From a bacterium (GTDB lineage: Bacteria > Planctomycetota > B15-G4), in contig JAUIEF010000005.1 of NCBI GenBank assembly GCA_030428785.1, positions 10,919 through 74,918 of the forward strand: a stretch of DNA of 64,000 nucleotides, in the 5' to 3' direction. A program made the translations under genes and the position numbers. The notes below the pieces were generated by a model. The model was not told where the DNA came from and ran no database searches. It saw only the letters and a list, made by a program, of their open reading frames with translations. Shown in pieces: positions 1 to 10,017 of the stretch. Within the stretch, counting starts at the first letter, position 1. The number at the start of each line of letters is the position of its first letter.

Positions 1-191
1 CACTGCGCATGGAGCCCGCGCAGCGTGCCGCGCACCGATCGGCTGTGGTTGTCCTGCACGAACGGCAGCGCGATGCCCGCCTCCTCGTAGCGGTCCGCCC
101 GGTACGTCTCGAGGAAGAACCCGCGGTCGTCCTGGAACACGCGGGGCTCGATGAAGACGACGCCGTCCAGCTTGGTGGTCGTGACGTTCAT
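1..191 (-). CDS. rfbC: dTDP-4-dehydrorhamnose 3,5-epimerase, 5' part (runs off the window edge)
   Basis: Manual translation of the minus strand from ATG at 191: [30 protein letters not shown]...[18 protein letters not shown]. Contains the RmlC motifs DxRGxF, QDNHS and RGLH. Not in the ORF track. Confidence 0.93.
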   Translation of the reverse strand, partial: MNVTTTKLDGVVFIEPRVFQDDRGFFLETYRADRYEEAGIALPFVQDNHSRSVRGTLRGLHAQ

Positions 192-321
192 GGGGGTCCG
201 GGCGGGAGAGAGCGGGCGCGTGGGAGGGACGGCGCGGCGCCGTGCCGCCGGTTGTACGCGAACCGGGATTCCGCTCCAACCGCCGGGGTAGAATCCGCGC
301 CCCCGTCGGCCACGAGGTCCC

Positions 322-720
322 ATGACCCACGAGACGCGCTCGATCTTCACGGTCCGCTCGTACGAGATCGACTCGTACAGCCACCTCAACAACGGGGTCT
401 ACGTGAGCTGGTACGAGCAGGGCCGGCAGGACTACCTGCGCTCGCTCGGCTTCACCTACGACGGGTTCGCGGAGCGGCGCGAATGGTTCGTGGTCGGCCG
501 CACGGAGGTCGTGTTCAAGGCGGCGATCCACGAGGGCGAGACGGTGGAGCTCGTGAGCCGCGTGGAGGAGCTCGGCCGCACGAGCGTGCGCTTCCACCAG
601 GAGATGTTCCGCGACGGCGCGTCGGTGAGCACGGCGCACACGGTCATGGTGTTCAGCGCCGACGGCGCGTCGATCCCCATCCCGGCCGACTTCCGCGCCG
701 CCGTCGAGGGCGCCGGCTGA
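322..720 (+). CDS. Acyl-CoA thioesterase (YbgC/4-HBT hotdog family)
   Basis: [22 protein letters not shown] matches the hotdog thioesterase DxxxHxNNxxY motif; 132 aa. TAGAAT -10-like box at 289-294. Confidence 0.85.
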   Translation: MTHETRSIFTVRSYEIDSYSHLNNGVYVSWYEQGRQDYLRSLGFTYDGFAERREWFVVGRTEVVFKAAIHEGETVELVSRVEELGRTSVRFHQEMFRDGASVSTAHTVMVFSADGASIPIPADFRAAVEGAG

Positions 721-745
721 GTCGCGAGAACCGCCCGGACGAGAA

Positions 746-781
746 CCGCCGCGCGCCGGGGGGATCCCCGACACGCGGCGG
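746..781. terminator. GC-rich hairpin between convergent genes, probable bidirectional terminator
   Basis: ccgccgcg (746-753) pairs with cgcggcgg (774-781) around an inner cgggg/ccccg stem; lies between the stops at 720 and 815. No U-tract. Confidence 0.45.
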
Positions 782-814
782 CGAAGGCACGTGGCGTCGT
801 CCGTCGACGGCGCG

Positions 815-1750
815 TCAGCGCAGCTTGGGCGAGAGGACCTCGTCGGTGCTGTAGAGGAGGCCGTCGGCGGAGGCGGAGTCCTCGGCGACGGTCGCGCGGC
901 GCACGACGCCCTGCTCCTCGCCGATCTGCATCTTCGCGATCTCCTCGTAGTCGACCGCGGAGCCCTGGCCGGTCAGCACGTCGAGCTCGGCCTGCTGGCG
1001 GGCCCGCACCTCGGCGAGCTTCGCGACCATCTGGTCGAGGCTGGCCACCTCGTAGCGGCTGCACTCCTCGATGGTCTGCTTCCGCTTCTCGAGCATGTCG
1101 ATGAGCTTCTCGTTGCGGGCGATGGCGTCCACCTGACGGTCGAGCTGCCACAGCTGCGTCTGGAACTGGCCGCGCTCGGTCTCGAGCTGGTCGAGCAGCT
1201 CGGAGAGACGCTCCTCCTGCTGCTGGAGGTAGACGAGGTCGTGGGCGGCGTCGGCAGCGCGGTTGGCGTAGGCGACACGCGTCTGCGAGATCTGGTTCGC
1301 CTTGGAGCGCGCCTGGTCGAGCGTGTAGGTGCGGTTGTCGAAGCGCACGCTCGCGACGGTGCGGACACCGCCGTACGACGCCTTCTGCACGACGGCGGCC
1401 TCGGCCTCGTCGAGCAGCGGGCGCAGCGAGTCGAGGTCGCGGTCCGCCAGCGCCACGACGCGCTCGGACACCGCGCGATCGCGGTCGAGCTGTCGCATCT
1501 GCTCGCGGAGTTCCGCGAGGTCGCCGCGCACCTGTCCGATCTTGCCCGGGTACTCACGCTCGAGCTCGCGCAGCTGCGCCCGGAGCGCGACGGGGTCCTC
1601 GATGCGCTCGTCGATGTGCGACATGAGGTGCTCGCGCGCCTGGCTGACGAGGGCCGCGGTGCGGTGCGGGCCGGCGATCAACACGGCAGCACCGGCGCTG
1701 ACGGCCGTGATCACGCTCACGCGGATCAGGGTCTTGAAGATACCGGCCAT
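815..1750 (-). CDS. Coiled-coil protein with hydrophobic N-terminus, PspA/IM30-like
   Basis: Real start MAGIFKTL at 1750 with RBS aaagga. Hydrophobic ITAVSAGAAVLIAG, then IEDPVALRAQLRELE (resembles the PspA EDP motif) and long heptad-rich helices; 311 aa. Confidence 0.6.
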   Translation of the reverse strand: MAGIFKTLIRVSVITAVSAGAAVLIAGPHRTAALVSQAREHLMSHIDERIEDPVALRAQLRELEREYPGKIGQVRGDLAELREQMRQLDRDRAVSERVVALADRDLDSLRPLLDEAEAAVVQKASYGGVRTVASVRFDNRTYTLDQARSKANQISQTRVAYANRAADAAHDLVYLQQQEERLSELLDQLETERGQFQTQLWQLDRQVDAIARNEKLIDMLEKRKQTIEECSRYEVASLDQMVAKLAEVRARQQAELDVLTGQGSAVDYEEIAKMQIGEEQGVVRRATVAEDSASADGLLYSTDEVLSPKLR

Positions 1751-1899
1751 GGTCTTGTCCTTTCGTGGGGGTGTCTCTCGGTGGGCCCCTGGGGGCCGAC
1801 GAGCGCGTTGTTGGGGACACCCCGCCGGGTCTTTCACCGCGACGCCGCTCCCGCGTGGCGAATTGGCGGCCGGCCTGACATGCCCGCGGCCGGATGGCC

Positions 1900-1905
1900 T
1901 ACAAT
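1900..1905 (+). promoter_or_regulatory. -10 box TACAAT 7 nt before the ECF start codon (leaderless-type promoter)
   Basis: TACAAT-cgccgcg-ATG with no Shine-Dalgarno; ctgaca at 1875-1880 (19-nt spacer). Confidence 0.55.
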
Positions 1906-1912
1906 CGCCGCG

Positions 1913-2665
1913 ATGCTCAGCAATCTCACCACCGGCTTCATCGGCCGACTGCGCGCCCGCGACCCCGCCGCCTGGTTCGAGCTCTGGGAGACCTTCGGTC
2001 CGATCCTGAGGGCCCAGCTGTTCAAGTGGGGCGGCGGCCGCATCGGCTTCGAGACCGTCGAGGACATGTCCCAGGAGACCCTCGCGGCGCTCGCCGACTC
2101 CATCGACCGGCACGACCCCAACAAGGGTGCGCGCTTCTCGACCTGGCTCCTGGCCATCGCCAAGCACACGCTCGGCGGCGAGATCGACCGGCGCATGGCG
2201 CTCAAGCGCGGCGCCGGCAAGAAGCCCGTCGAGCTCGACGAGACCTGGGCGGGCGCGCACGACGGCCCCGGTCCGGGCGGCACCTACGAGCAGGCCGTGT
2301 TCGACGCCAAGGTCGAGGCCGCCATCCGCATGGTCGAGCGCGAGATCGACCTCATGGACTTCTCGGTCTACCGGATGCGCGTGTTCGACGGGACGAGCGG
2401 CAAGGACGTCGCCAAGGCGCTCGGCGTGAGCGAGCCGACGATCAGCCGGCGGCTCTCTCGCGTGCGCAACCTCCTGCGGGAGCGCATCGGTGAGGTCATG
2501 TCCAAGTTCAGCTTCACCGAGGAGGAGGCGCAGGAGGCGGCGCGAAACGGGGTCGACCCCAATCCCACCAAGGCCGCCGACGCGCTCTTCGACGAGGCGC
2601 TCGCCGACATCTACCACCGCCAGATGGCGTTGCGGCGGGAGGATGAGGTCAGCCGGGTCGACTGA
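1913..2665 (+). CDS. ECF sigma-70 factor with C-terminal extension
   Basis: MLSNLTTGFIGRLRARDPAAWFELW; region 2 (VEDMSQE, FSTWLLAIAK); region 4 HTH (GKDVAKALGVSEPTISRRLSRVR); ~55 extra C-terminal residues. Confidence 0.88.
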   Translation: MLSNLTTGFIGRLRARDPAAWFELWETFGPILRAQLFKWGGGRIGFETVEDMSQETLAALADSIDRHDPNKGARFSTWLLAIAKHTLGGEIDRRMALKRGAGKKPVELDETWAGAHDGPGPGGTYEQAVFDAKVEAAIRMVEREIDLMDFSVYRMRVFDGTSGKDVAKALGVSEPTISRRLSRVRNLLRERIGEVMSKFSFTEEEAQEAARNGVDPNPTKAADALFDEALADIYHRQMALRREDEVSRVD

Positions 2666-2725
2666 GCGCGGGACCGGGACGTCGCCGGTCCCGGACGCGC
2701 GGCCCGACCGGGGGATCTCGCAGGC

Positions 2726-4876
2726 ATGAATCCCATCGCCCTCCCCATCCAGCTCCTGCTCGCCCTCGCGGCCTGCTTCCTGGGCATCTGGCTGCTGGTC
2801 AAGCTGCTCGTCGGTCTGGGCTGGTTGCTGGGACAGGTGTTCCGGTTCATCCAGACCGTGCTCGGTCGCATCGGCGCGTTCGTCGTCGGCATGGGCTCCG
2901 ACGCGTTGCGCGTCGTCGGCGGCACGGTCACCGCCGCGTTCTTCGTCCCCTTCATCGTGTCGAACATCGTGTTGGGACGCTGGTCCCGCGCGAACCACTA
3001 CGGCAAGGCGCTCGAACGCGAGGCCGTGGGCGTCGGGACGAGCCTCTACCGGCTGGCCATCGGGCACGTCGGCCGCCTGCTCGGGCTCACGAGCCTCACG
3101 GACGGCATCGAGCGCCGGATCCCCGAGGCGATGGCCCGCGCGCCGGCGCCGGACCGCCCGCGCGGTCGCCCGGACGCCTTCGACGGCTACACGGTGGTCG
3201 GCTCGCTGCCGTCGGGCGGCTCCGGCGCGCGCCTCTACCTCGCGCAGCCGCTCCCCGACAAGCGCGAGCGCCTCACGCGCAACGGCCGGTCCGTGCCGGG
3301 CAAGGTGGTCATCAAGTCCTTCGACCTGGCCGACGGCTCGACCATGCCGCAGATCGTGCGCGAGAGCCGCGCGCTCGAGGCCGCCCGCGACATGGGCCTC
3401 GTGCTGGAGCACGAGCTCACCGCGTCGCGCTTCCACTACGTCATGCCGTACGTCCCGGGCGACGACCTCACGCTCGTGACGCAGCGCCTGCACGACCAGG
3501 CGGGCCCCGAGGGCCTCTCGGGTCGGCCGCTCGAGCACGCGATGGCCTACACGTCCGACCTGCTCGCGACGATGCAGCGCTTCCACGCGGCGGGCCTGTG
3601 GCACAAGGACATCAAGCCCAGCAACATCATCGTGTCCGACGGACGCGTGCACCTCGTGGATCTCGGGCTCACGACGCCGCTGCGCTCGGCGATGACGCTC
3701 ACGACGCACGGCACCGAGTACTTCCGCGACCCGGAGCTCGTCCGCCTCGCGCTGCGCGGCGTCAAGGTCCAGGAGGTCGACGGCGTCAAGTTCGACATCT
3801 ACGGCGCGGGCGCGGTGCTCTACTCGGTCATCGAGAACAGCTTCCCGGCGCACGGGAGCCTGAGCCAGATCCACAAGCGGTGCCCCGAGGCACTGCGCTG
3901 GATCGTGCGGCGCGCGATGGCGGACATGAGCAAGCGCTACGCGTCGGCGGCCGAGATGCTCGCCGACCTGCGGACCGTCATGGCCGCGAGGGACCCGTAC
4001 GCCGTGACGCCCGCGTCGCTGCCCTCGATGTCGGGCGACCCGGCGATGGCTCGCGCCATCGCCGACGAGGTCGACCGGGCCCACGCCGACGGGTTCGACG
4101 CCGCGCCGGCGATCGCCTCGATCTCCCCGCGCCAGCGGCCGGTCGCCGTCGACAAGGCGTCCGTCGCCGCGACGACGCGTCACGGCGGCCTGCGTTGGGG
4201 CGTGACCGCCGCGGTCGTCCTGCTGGGCGTGTTCGGGCTGGGCTTCGTCGCGCTGCTCTTCCGCGGCGCGAACCTCACGGCGCTCCCGGCTTCGGGCGGA
4301 CCCGACGTCTGGCCCGCCGGCGTGTCCGAGTCGTACCCGTCGCCGATCCCCGTCGGCGCCCCGACGCCCTCGGGTCAGGACTGGAAGCAGGTCGGTCCCG
4401 CGCCCTACGTGAAGGACCGCATGGCGAAGAACCTGGCGCCCCATCGGGCCGAGCCGGCGGCGCTGCTCGTCGTGGACGACCTGGCGGCCGCCGCCGACGA
4501 CGACCTCCAGGCGCGCGTCGACGGGCTGCTCCGCTCGCTCGAGCTCGCGAACTTCGAGCTGCTCGGGGTGGCCGGGGACGACGAGACGCCCGACGACGAC
4601 ATGGCGCTCGTGAGCGAGGCGCGGCTGGCGATCGGGCAGGCTTCCGCCTGGGACGGCGACGTCGCCGACCGGCTCGACCGCGTCATGGACGAAGCGGAGC
4701 CGCGGCTCTCCGGCGTCGTGCGCATCGCGCGCGGCGACACCCCGGGCACCCTCATGCTGCACGCCGTCGCGCAGCGTCAGCAGGACGCCCTCGATCTCGC
4801 CTCGCTGCTCGACCAGGGGGCGCGCGGCCGCGTGGAGATCCAGGCCCTCGAGCCCGTGGCGGTGATCAGCCGCTGA
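2726..4876 (+). CDS. Membrane-bound Hanks-type Ser/Thr protein kinase
   Basis: SGGSGARLY P-loop, VVIK, HKDIKPSN, DLG, GTEYFRDPE, DIYGAG; hydrophobic N-terminal region and a TM helix after the kinase domain (WGVTAAVVLLGVFGLGFVALLF). Confidence 0.88.
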   Translation: MNPIALPIQLLLALAACFLGIWLLVKLLVGLGWLLGQVFRFIQTVLGRIGAFVVGMGSDALRVVGGTVTAAFFVPFIVSNIVLGRWSRANHYGKALEREAVGVGTSLYRLAIGHVGRLLGLTSLTDGIERRIPEAMARAPAPDRPRGRPDAFDGYTVVGSLPSGGSGARLYLAQPLPDKRERLTRNGRSVPGKVVIKSFDLADGSTMPQIVRESRALEAARDMGLVLEHELTASRFHYVMPYVPGDDLTLVTQRLHDQAGPEGLSGRPLEHAMAYTSDLLATMQRFHAAGLWHKDIKPSNIIVSDGRVHLVDLGLTTPLRSAMTLTTHGTEYFRDPELVRLALRGVKVQEVDGVKFDIYGAGAVLYSVIENSFPAHGSLSQIHKRCPEALRWIVRRAMADMSKRYASAAEMLADLRTVMAARDPYAVTPASLPSMSGDPAMARAIADEVDRAHADGFDAAPAIASISPRQRPVAVDKASVAATTRHGGLRWGVTAAVVLLGVFGLGFVALLFRGANLTALPASGGPDVWPAGVSESYPSPIPVGAPTPSGQDWKQVGPAPYVKDRMAKNLAPHRAEPAALLVVDDLAAAADDDLQARVDGLLRSLELANFELLGVAGDDETPDDDMALVSEARLAIGQASAWDGDVADRLDRVMDEAEPRLSGVVRIARGDTPGTLMLHAVAQRQQDALDLASLLDQGARGRVEIQALEPVAVISR

Positions 4877-4901
4877 CGCGGTTCGCGCCGCGCGGCGCCG
4901 T

Positions 4902-7463
4902 TCAACGACCCGTCGCGCCGACCTCCTCGGCCCGGGCGTCGGGGGGGAGCTGCCACGCTTCGTCCCACCAGCCCGCGGCGAGCACGCCGCCGTCGCCCTC
5001 GGTGAGCACCCGCCCGTCGAAGAGCGCGTAGTCCGGGTAGCCCACGCCGGAGACGAACGGTGCGAGCGTGTCACCGAGCCGCGCGCCGCGCACCCCCGTG
5101 CTCGCGAAGGCGCCGACGAGTCCGTCCGGGTCGTCGACGCGCGGCGCGACGAACACGGCGCCGAGGTCGTCGCCCTCCCACCTGCGCTCACCGAGCCTCA
5201 GCGCGCCGCGTGTCGCGCGGAGCGGGGCGTCCTCGCCGAGCACCGCGTCCCACGCGGCGTTGTCGTCCGCATTGCCGTAGAGGATGACGTTGCACGGCGG
5301 ACGTCCTCCCGCGAGCCACTCCTCGTCGGTGACGATCGGTGCGCGACCGTTGCCGCGGTACCACCAGACCTGCCCGTCGTGCCGCGCGCGAGCGAGCAGC
5401 ACCGCATCCGTCGCGTCGTCGCCGCGCGTCCCGACGACGAGCACGAAGCTGCGGTCGAACGCGCGCTTGAAGGGCCCCATGCGGTCGGGGCGCTTGAGGC
5501 CCGGATCGCCCCGCGCTCCCCGGTGCCAGCGTCCCTCGCGCCGCTCGAGCTCGACGGTCCCCCCCTCGCCCTCCAGGACGCCGAGGTCGTCGCCGTCCAC
5601 CTCGAGTCGCGTCCCGGCGGTACGCGCGGTGACGTCGAGGGTGAGCACCCGCACATTGCTCGTCGCGATGCGATGGATGTCCGCGCCGTCCGCGGCGACA
5701 CGTCGAGCGCTCACCCGGAACGGCCGCGACTCGTCGAGGACGCGCAGGACTCCCAGGTCGTGGTGTCGCGCGTCGATGCCGGGCCCCGCGGACACCCACT
5801 CGACGTCCGCGGTCGGCGCGACCTCCGGGTGCTCGTCGAACAGCTCGAAGATGCCCGGCCAGTCGAGGCAGTCGGTGCCGGGCGCCGCGCCTCCGTCCCA
5901 CCAGTGGCCCGCGCCCTCCTGCAGGTGCACGCGCGGCGGAGCGCCGGCCTCCGTGAGCGCGGCGACCATCGCCTCCGCCTCGCTCACCGGCACGCTCGTG
6001 TCCTTGGTCCCGTGCAGCACGAAGGTCGGCACCTGCACGAGCCCGTCGAGCAGCTCGAGCGTCAGGCTCGGGCGGTCGGCCGCGTGCCAGACGTCGCGCA
6101 GCGCGCCCTCCGGTCGCCCGCCGTAGGTGTCGAATCCGCACCACCCGGCGCTCGGTGCGGCGGCGGAGAAGCCGTCCGTGTCGTTCGCCGCGAGGTGCCA
6201 CGTGCCGTGGCCGCCCATCGAGTGGCCGGTGACCTGCACGCGCCGCGGCGACACGCCGCCCGACGCGAGCGCGAGGTCCCGGACCTCGTAGGCGTCGACG
6301 CGACCCCAGTCCTGCCAGTCGAAGCCGTACGGACGACGGTTCGTCGGCGCGGCGATCCACACGCCCGGGCGGCGCGAGTAGCAGCGGGCCTGTGCGAGCG
6401 CATCGACCCCCGCTCCGTGCAGCGAGAGCACGAGCGAGGGATCCCGCGGCTCGCCACCCGCGTCGTCGGCGGCGGGCAACCACCCGAAGAACTGCACCGA
6501 GTCGTCGATGCGGGAACGGAACGTCACGCGACGGGCGGGACCGTCCTCGACGACGCGCAGTGGCACCGTCGAGCGGGCGTCGGCGACGCCGTCGGCGCGC
6601 GCGACGACGGCACGGACGACCTCTTCGACATCCGCGGAGGCGCGGGCACCGTCGCGGAACGCCTGCGGCACGGCGACCTTGGCGACCTCGAGCGGTCGCA
6701 GCGCCCCCACCTCGACGGTGCCCGGCGCGAAGAGCGCGTCGCCCGCCAGCGTGAGCACCGGCCGCACCGTCCGCTCCGAGGCGTTCACCACGAGCAGGCC
6801 CATCGGGCCGACGTCGTCCGCGCCGACGACGAGGTCGGGCACCGTGCGATCCGCGACGTCGAGCAGCAGCTCGCCCGAAGGCGAGACGAGCTCGAGGGCG
6901 AAGCGGCCGCGGATGCCCGTCACGTAGAGTTCGTTGCGCCCGGCCTCGAGCTGGACGGGCACGCCGGGCCAGCCGTAGCGATAGACGTCACCGCCGAAGG
7001 CGTCGCCGTTCACGAAGAGCTGCGACGCGCCGCGCACCCGCGCGAGCATCACGCGGCGCGTCGGGACCTCGAGGGTCGTGTGCGCCCAGGCGGCGCCGCG
7101 GCCCTCGGGGCCGCCGTCGTCGGCGACCTCACGCATCTCCCAGCGCGCCTCCTCGCCGCGCTCCCCGACGAGCGCCTCGCCCGCCCGCGGCGCGGGCGCG
7201 TCGCGGTCCAGCAGGTGGCGCGCGAAGACCGCGTCCGGCCGGAACGGGCGGCGGCCGCGGTCGTCCACCGCGGCGAGGACGAGCCAGGACGTCGCACGGA
7301 GGACCTCGGGCCCGGCCTCGTCCTCGGCCGCGTGCGCCCGCCGTGCGGGAGCCGCGCGGAGAGCCGGTGGCCTCGTCGCGGCCGATGCGGGTGCGATCAG
7401 CAGGCACGCGGCGAACAGGAGGGTCGGTCGGCGCATCGTGCGGCTCCTCGGAGGGGCCGCCAT
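4902..7463 (-). CDS. Secreted alpha/beta-hydrolase (S9 peptidase/esterase-like) with accessory domains
   Basis: Signal peptide MRRPTLLFAACLLIAPASA (alternative start 7436); catalytic triad motifs GHSMGG, LHGTKD, GAGHW. Confidence 0.8.
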   Translation of the reverse strand: MAAPPRSRTMRRPTLLFAACLLIAPASAATRPPALRAAPARRAHAAEDEAGPEVLRATSWLVLAAVDDRGRRPFRPDAVFARHLLDRDAPAPRAGEALVGERGEEARWEMREVADDGGPEGRGAAWAHTTLEVPTRRVMLARVRGASQLFVNGDAFGGDVYRYGWPGVPVQLEAGRNELYVTGIRGRFALELVSPSGELLLDVADRTVPDLVVGADDVGPMGLLVVNASERTVRPVLTLAGDALFAPGTVEVGALRPLEVAKVAVPQAFRDGARASADVEEVVRAVVARADGVADARSTVPLRVVEDGPARRVTFRSRIDDSVQFFGWLPAADDAGGEPRDPSLVLSLHGAGVDALAQARCYSRRPGVWIAAPTNRRPYGFDWQDWGRVDAYEVRDLALASGGVSPRRVQVTGHSMGGHGTWHLAANDTDGFSAAAPSAGWCGFDTYGGRPEGALRDVWHAADRPSLTLELLDGLVQVPTFVLHGTKDTSVPVSEAEAMVAALTEAGAPPRVHLQEGAGHWWDGGAAPGTDCLDWPGIFELFDEHPEVAPTADVEWVSAGPGIDARHHDLGVLRVLDESRPFRVSARRVAADGADIHRIATSNVRVLTLDVTARTAGTRLEVDGDDLGVLEGEGGTVELERREGRWHRGARGDPGLKRPDRMGPFKRAFDRSFVLVVGTRGDDATDAVLLARARHDGQVWWYRGNGRAPIVTDEEWLAGGRPPCNVILYGNADDNAAWDAVLGEDAPLRATRGALRLGERRWEGDDLGAVFVAPRVDDPDGLVGAFASTGVRGARLGDTLAPFVSGVGYPDYALFDGRVLTEGDGGVLAAGWWDEAWQLPPDARAEEVGATGR

Positions 7464-7473
7464 GATGCCAGCT

Positions 7474-9831
7474 TCACCCGAGCGCGGGCGCCTCCCGGTC
7501 GCGCAGGCACCGCTCGAGCACCAGGCCGAGCCGCTCCGCGTCGACGTCGCGGCCGAGGACGCCCGTCGCGTGGCGCGCCGGCTCCCGCTCGTCGAGTCGG
7601 CCGGCCGTGACGACGACGGTGGGCGGCGCGCGGCGGTCGGGGCGTCGGCGCGCGACCTCCTCCACCACGGCGTCGACGTCCATGTCGCCGAGCGCGGCGT
7701 CGACGAACATCGCGTCGAAGTCCTTGCGGGTCGCCGAGCGGACGGCCTCCACGCCCGACTCGCAGACGGTGACCTCGACGCCGAGCCCCTCGAGCGCGCC
7801 GACGAGCGGGTCGTGCCGTGCGTCGCGGCTCGCCAGGAGCACGTGGGTCCCCGGCGGCGCGCGCTGGGCCGAGGCCGCGTCCGGGAACGACACGTCGACG
7901 CGCGGCGCGAGCAGGTCCGTGACCGCGTGCAGGAGCTTGTCCCGGCGCACGGGGAGCATGAGCGACTCGACGCGACCGGGCGCCCCGCGACGCGGGCGCA
8001 GCGGCGGCGTCCCGAGGCGGGTGAGGACGAGCACCGGCAGGGACTCCGTCGCCGGGTCGTCGCGCAGCGCACGGAGGAAGGCGTCGGCGTCGCCGTCCGG
8101 GAGGTGCCGGTCCAGGACGAGCAGCTCGACGGGACGCGCCTCCTCGAACCCGGCGTCGAGCAGGCGCGTCGCCGTGGCGACGTCCGCCGCGTCGTCGACG
8201 CGCAGCGACCAGGCGTCGAGGTGGTGCGCGAGGACCTGGCGGACGCGCTCGTGTCCCACGACGAGGAGCGCGCGCCGCCCGGACAGGGACGCGTCGGGCC
8301 GCCGCTCGGGAAGCGGCCGACCGTGACGCGGCAGCGAGATCGTGAACGAGAAGGTCGCGCCCCGCCCCACCTCGCTGTCGACGAGCAGGTCGCCGCCCAT
8401 GAGCTCGACGAGCTGCCGGCTGATGGCCAGCCCGAGGCCCGTGCCGCCGTACTTGCGCGTCGTCGAACCGTCCACCTGGCTGAACGACTCGAAGAGCCGC
8501 GCGTGGTCGGCGGGGTCGATGCCGATGCCCGTGTCGCGCACGGAGAAGCGCACGACGGCCGAGTCCTCGCCGACGTCGACGGTCTCCGCGGAGACCACGA
8601 CCTCGCCGTCCTCGGTGAACTTCACGGCGTTGCCCACGAGGTTGATGAGCACCTGCCGGATGCGTCCGGGGTCGCCGGCGACGTCGCGCGGCGCGTGCTC
8701 CTCCACGCGGGCCACGAGCTCGACGCCCCGGGCGGCCGCCTTCTCGGCGAGCACGCCGGCGACGTCCTCCACGACGGCGCGGAGGTCCACGGCCTTCTCG
8801 TCGAGCACCAGACGCCGCGCCTCGATGCGCGAGAAGTCGAGGATGTCGTCGATCACCGCGACGAGCGACTGCCCGGCGGTGCGCATCGTGTCGGCGTACT
8901 CGCGCTGCTCGGCGTCGAGCTCGGTCGACAGCATGAGGTCCGCCATGCCGATGACGCCGTTCAACGGCGTGCGGATCTCGTGGCTCATGTTCGCGAGGAA
9001 CTCGGACTTCGCCTGTGTCGAGAGGTGCGCGCGGACGAGCGCCTCGTCGAGGTCGTGGTTACGCACGCGGAGCTCCTCCGCGATCTCCTCGGCGCGCTGC
9101 TGCTCGCGCGCCTGCCGCGCGAGCGCGCGCTGGACACGCCGCACGGCGGGCCGGAACACGAGCACGCCGGCCATGAGGAGCGACAGCAGCGTGAGCGCGA
9201 GGACCGTGAGCTCGGCCCGCTGGAGGAACGCGAGGTGCGCCGACGACTGCTCGTCATGGCGCGCGACGATGCCGTCCATGCCCGCGAAGAACGCGGCTTC
9301 ATGGACGAGCAGCTCGCGCACGGCGTCGCGGCTCTCCTCGTCGAGGCGGCCGAAGTCGCGATACTCCACGCCGTCGACGAGCCGCCGGAGCGCGCCGCGC
9401 ATCGCGTCGAACCGCGGCCCCACGGCGACGAGCATGCGCCGCTGCTCGTCACGGCCGCCGTCGGTCGCCCGCAGCTCGCGACCGAGCTCGGCGTGCGCCG
9501 CCTCCCACGTCGCCGCGGTCGCGGCGAGGTCCTCGAGCGCATGCGCGAAGTCGTCGAACCTGTCGGAGGCCTCGAGCAACAGCGCCGACCGGCAGAGCCG
9601 CGCACCGAGCGCCCGCTGGCGCGACGCGATCTCGGCGACGCGCCCGGCGCCCTCGTGCCGGAGGAACGTCATCTGGAGCAGCGCCTGTCCCGTGATGGAC
9701 AGCAGGGCCACGGCGCCCAGCGCGAGGAACGAGCGTCGGCGGAGGCGGCGGGTCGCGTCCCGCCAGTCCGCGTCCTCGCCGGAGCGCGGGCGCTCGGCGC
9801 GGGGGCGCGTGGACTCGGCGTCGGCGTCCAT
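7474..9831 (-). CDS. Hybrid sensor histidine kinase with NarX/PilJ-like periplasmic domain and two degenerate receiver domains
   Basis: Two TM helices flanking [12 protein letters not shown]; [10 protein letters not shown]-box, [10 protein letters not shown]-box, DTGIG, GGTGLGL; two C-terminal REC-like domains. Start chosen at MDADAEST. Confidence 0.88.
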   Translation of the reverse strand: MDADAESTRPRAERPRSGEDADWRDATRRLRRRSFLALGAVALLSITGQALLQMTFLRHEGAGRVAEIASRQRALGARLCRSALLLEASDRFDDFAHALEDLAATAATWEAAHAELGRELRATDGGRDEQRRMLVAVGPRFDAMRGALRRLVDGVEYRDFGRLDEESRDAVRELLVHEAAFFAGMDGIVARHDEQSSAHLAFLQRAELTVLALTLLSLLMAGVLVFRPAVRRVQRALARQAREQQRAEEIAEELRVRNHDLDEALVRAHLSTQAKSEFLANMSHEIRTPLNGVIGMADLMLSTELDAEQREYADTMRTAGQSLVAVIDDILDFSRIEARRLVLDEKAVDLRAVVEDVAGVLAEKAAARGVELVARVEEHAPRDVAGDPGRIRQVLINLVGNAVKFTEDGEVVVSAETVDVGEDSAVVRFSVRDTGIGIDPADHARLFESFSQVDGSTTRKYGGTGLGLAISRQLVELMGGDLLVDSEVGRGATFSFTISLPRHGRPLPERRPDASLSGRRALLVVGHERVRQVLAHHLDAWSLRVDDAADVATATRLLDAGFEEARPVELLVLDRHLPDGDADAFLRALRDDPATESLPVLVLTRLGTPPLRPRRGAPGRVESLMLPVRRDKLLHAVTDLLAPRVDVSFPDAASAQRAPPGTHVLLASRDARHDPLVGALEGLGVEVTVCESGVEAVRSATRKDFDAMFVDAALGDMDVDAVVEEVARRRPDRRAPPTVVVTAGRLDEREPARHATGVLGRDVDAERLGLVLERCLRDREAPALG

Positions 9832-10017
9832 CTCCGGAGGCTCCTGGGGGCCCGTCCGCGCGGGGTCGGCCGCGGACGGGGAGGGATCCCCTCTCATCGA
9901 CCCGGCCCGGGGGGCACCCTTAGCGGACGCGCGACGCGCCACGGGACAGCCCGATCCGGTGCGAGTGGGCGGTGCGTGGCGGGCCCGGGCGCCTCGGCAC
10001 CGGACCCGCGAGCCGGC

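Noticed and set aside
726-750. 10-bp direct repeat gagaaccgcc x2
   Set aside because: Only two copies next to a terminator-like hairpin; no evidence of function.
815-5191. 1458-aa minus-strand ORF and overlapping 624-aa plus-strand ORF (791-2665)
   Set aside because: High-GC shadow frames; only their 3' parts (815-1750 and 1913-2665) have recognisable protein features and start signals.
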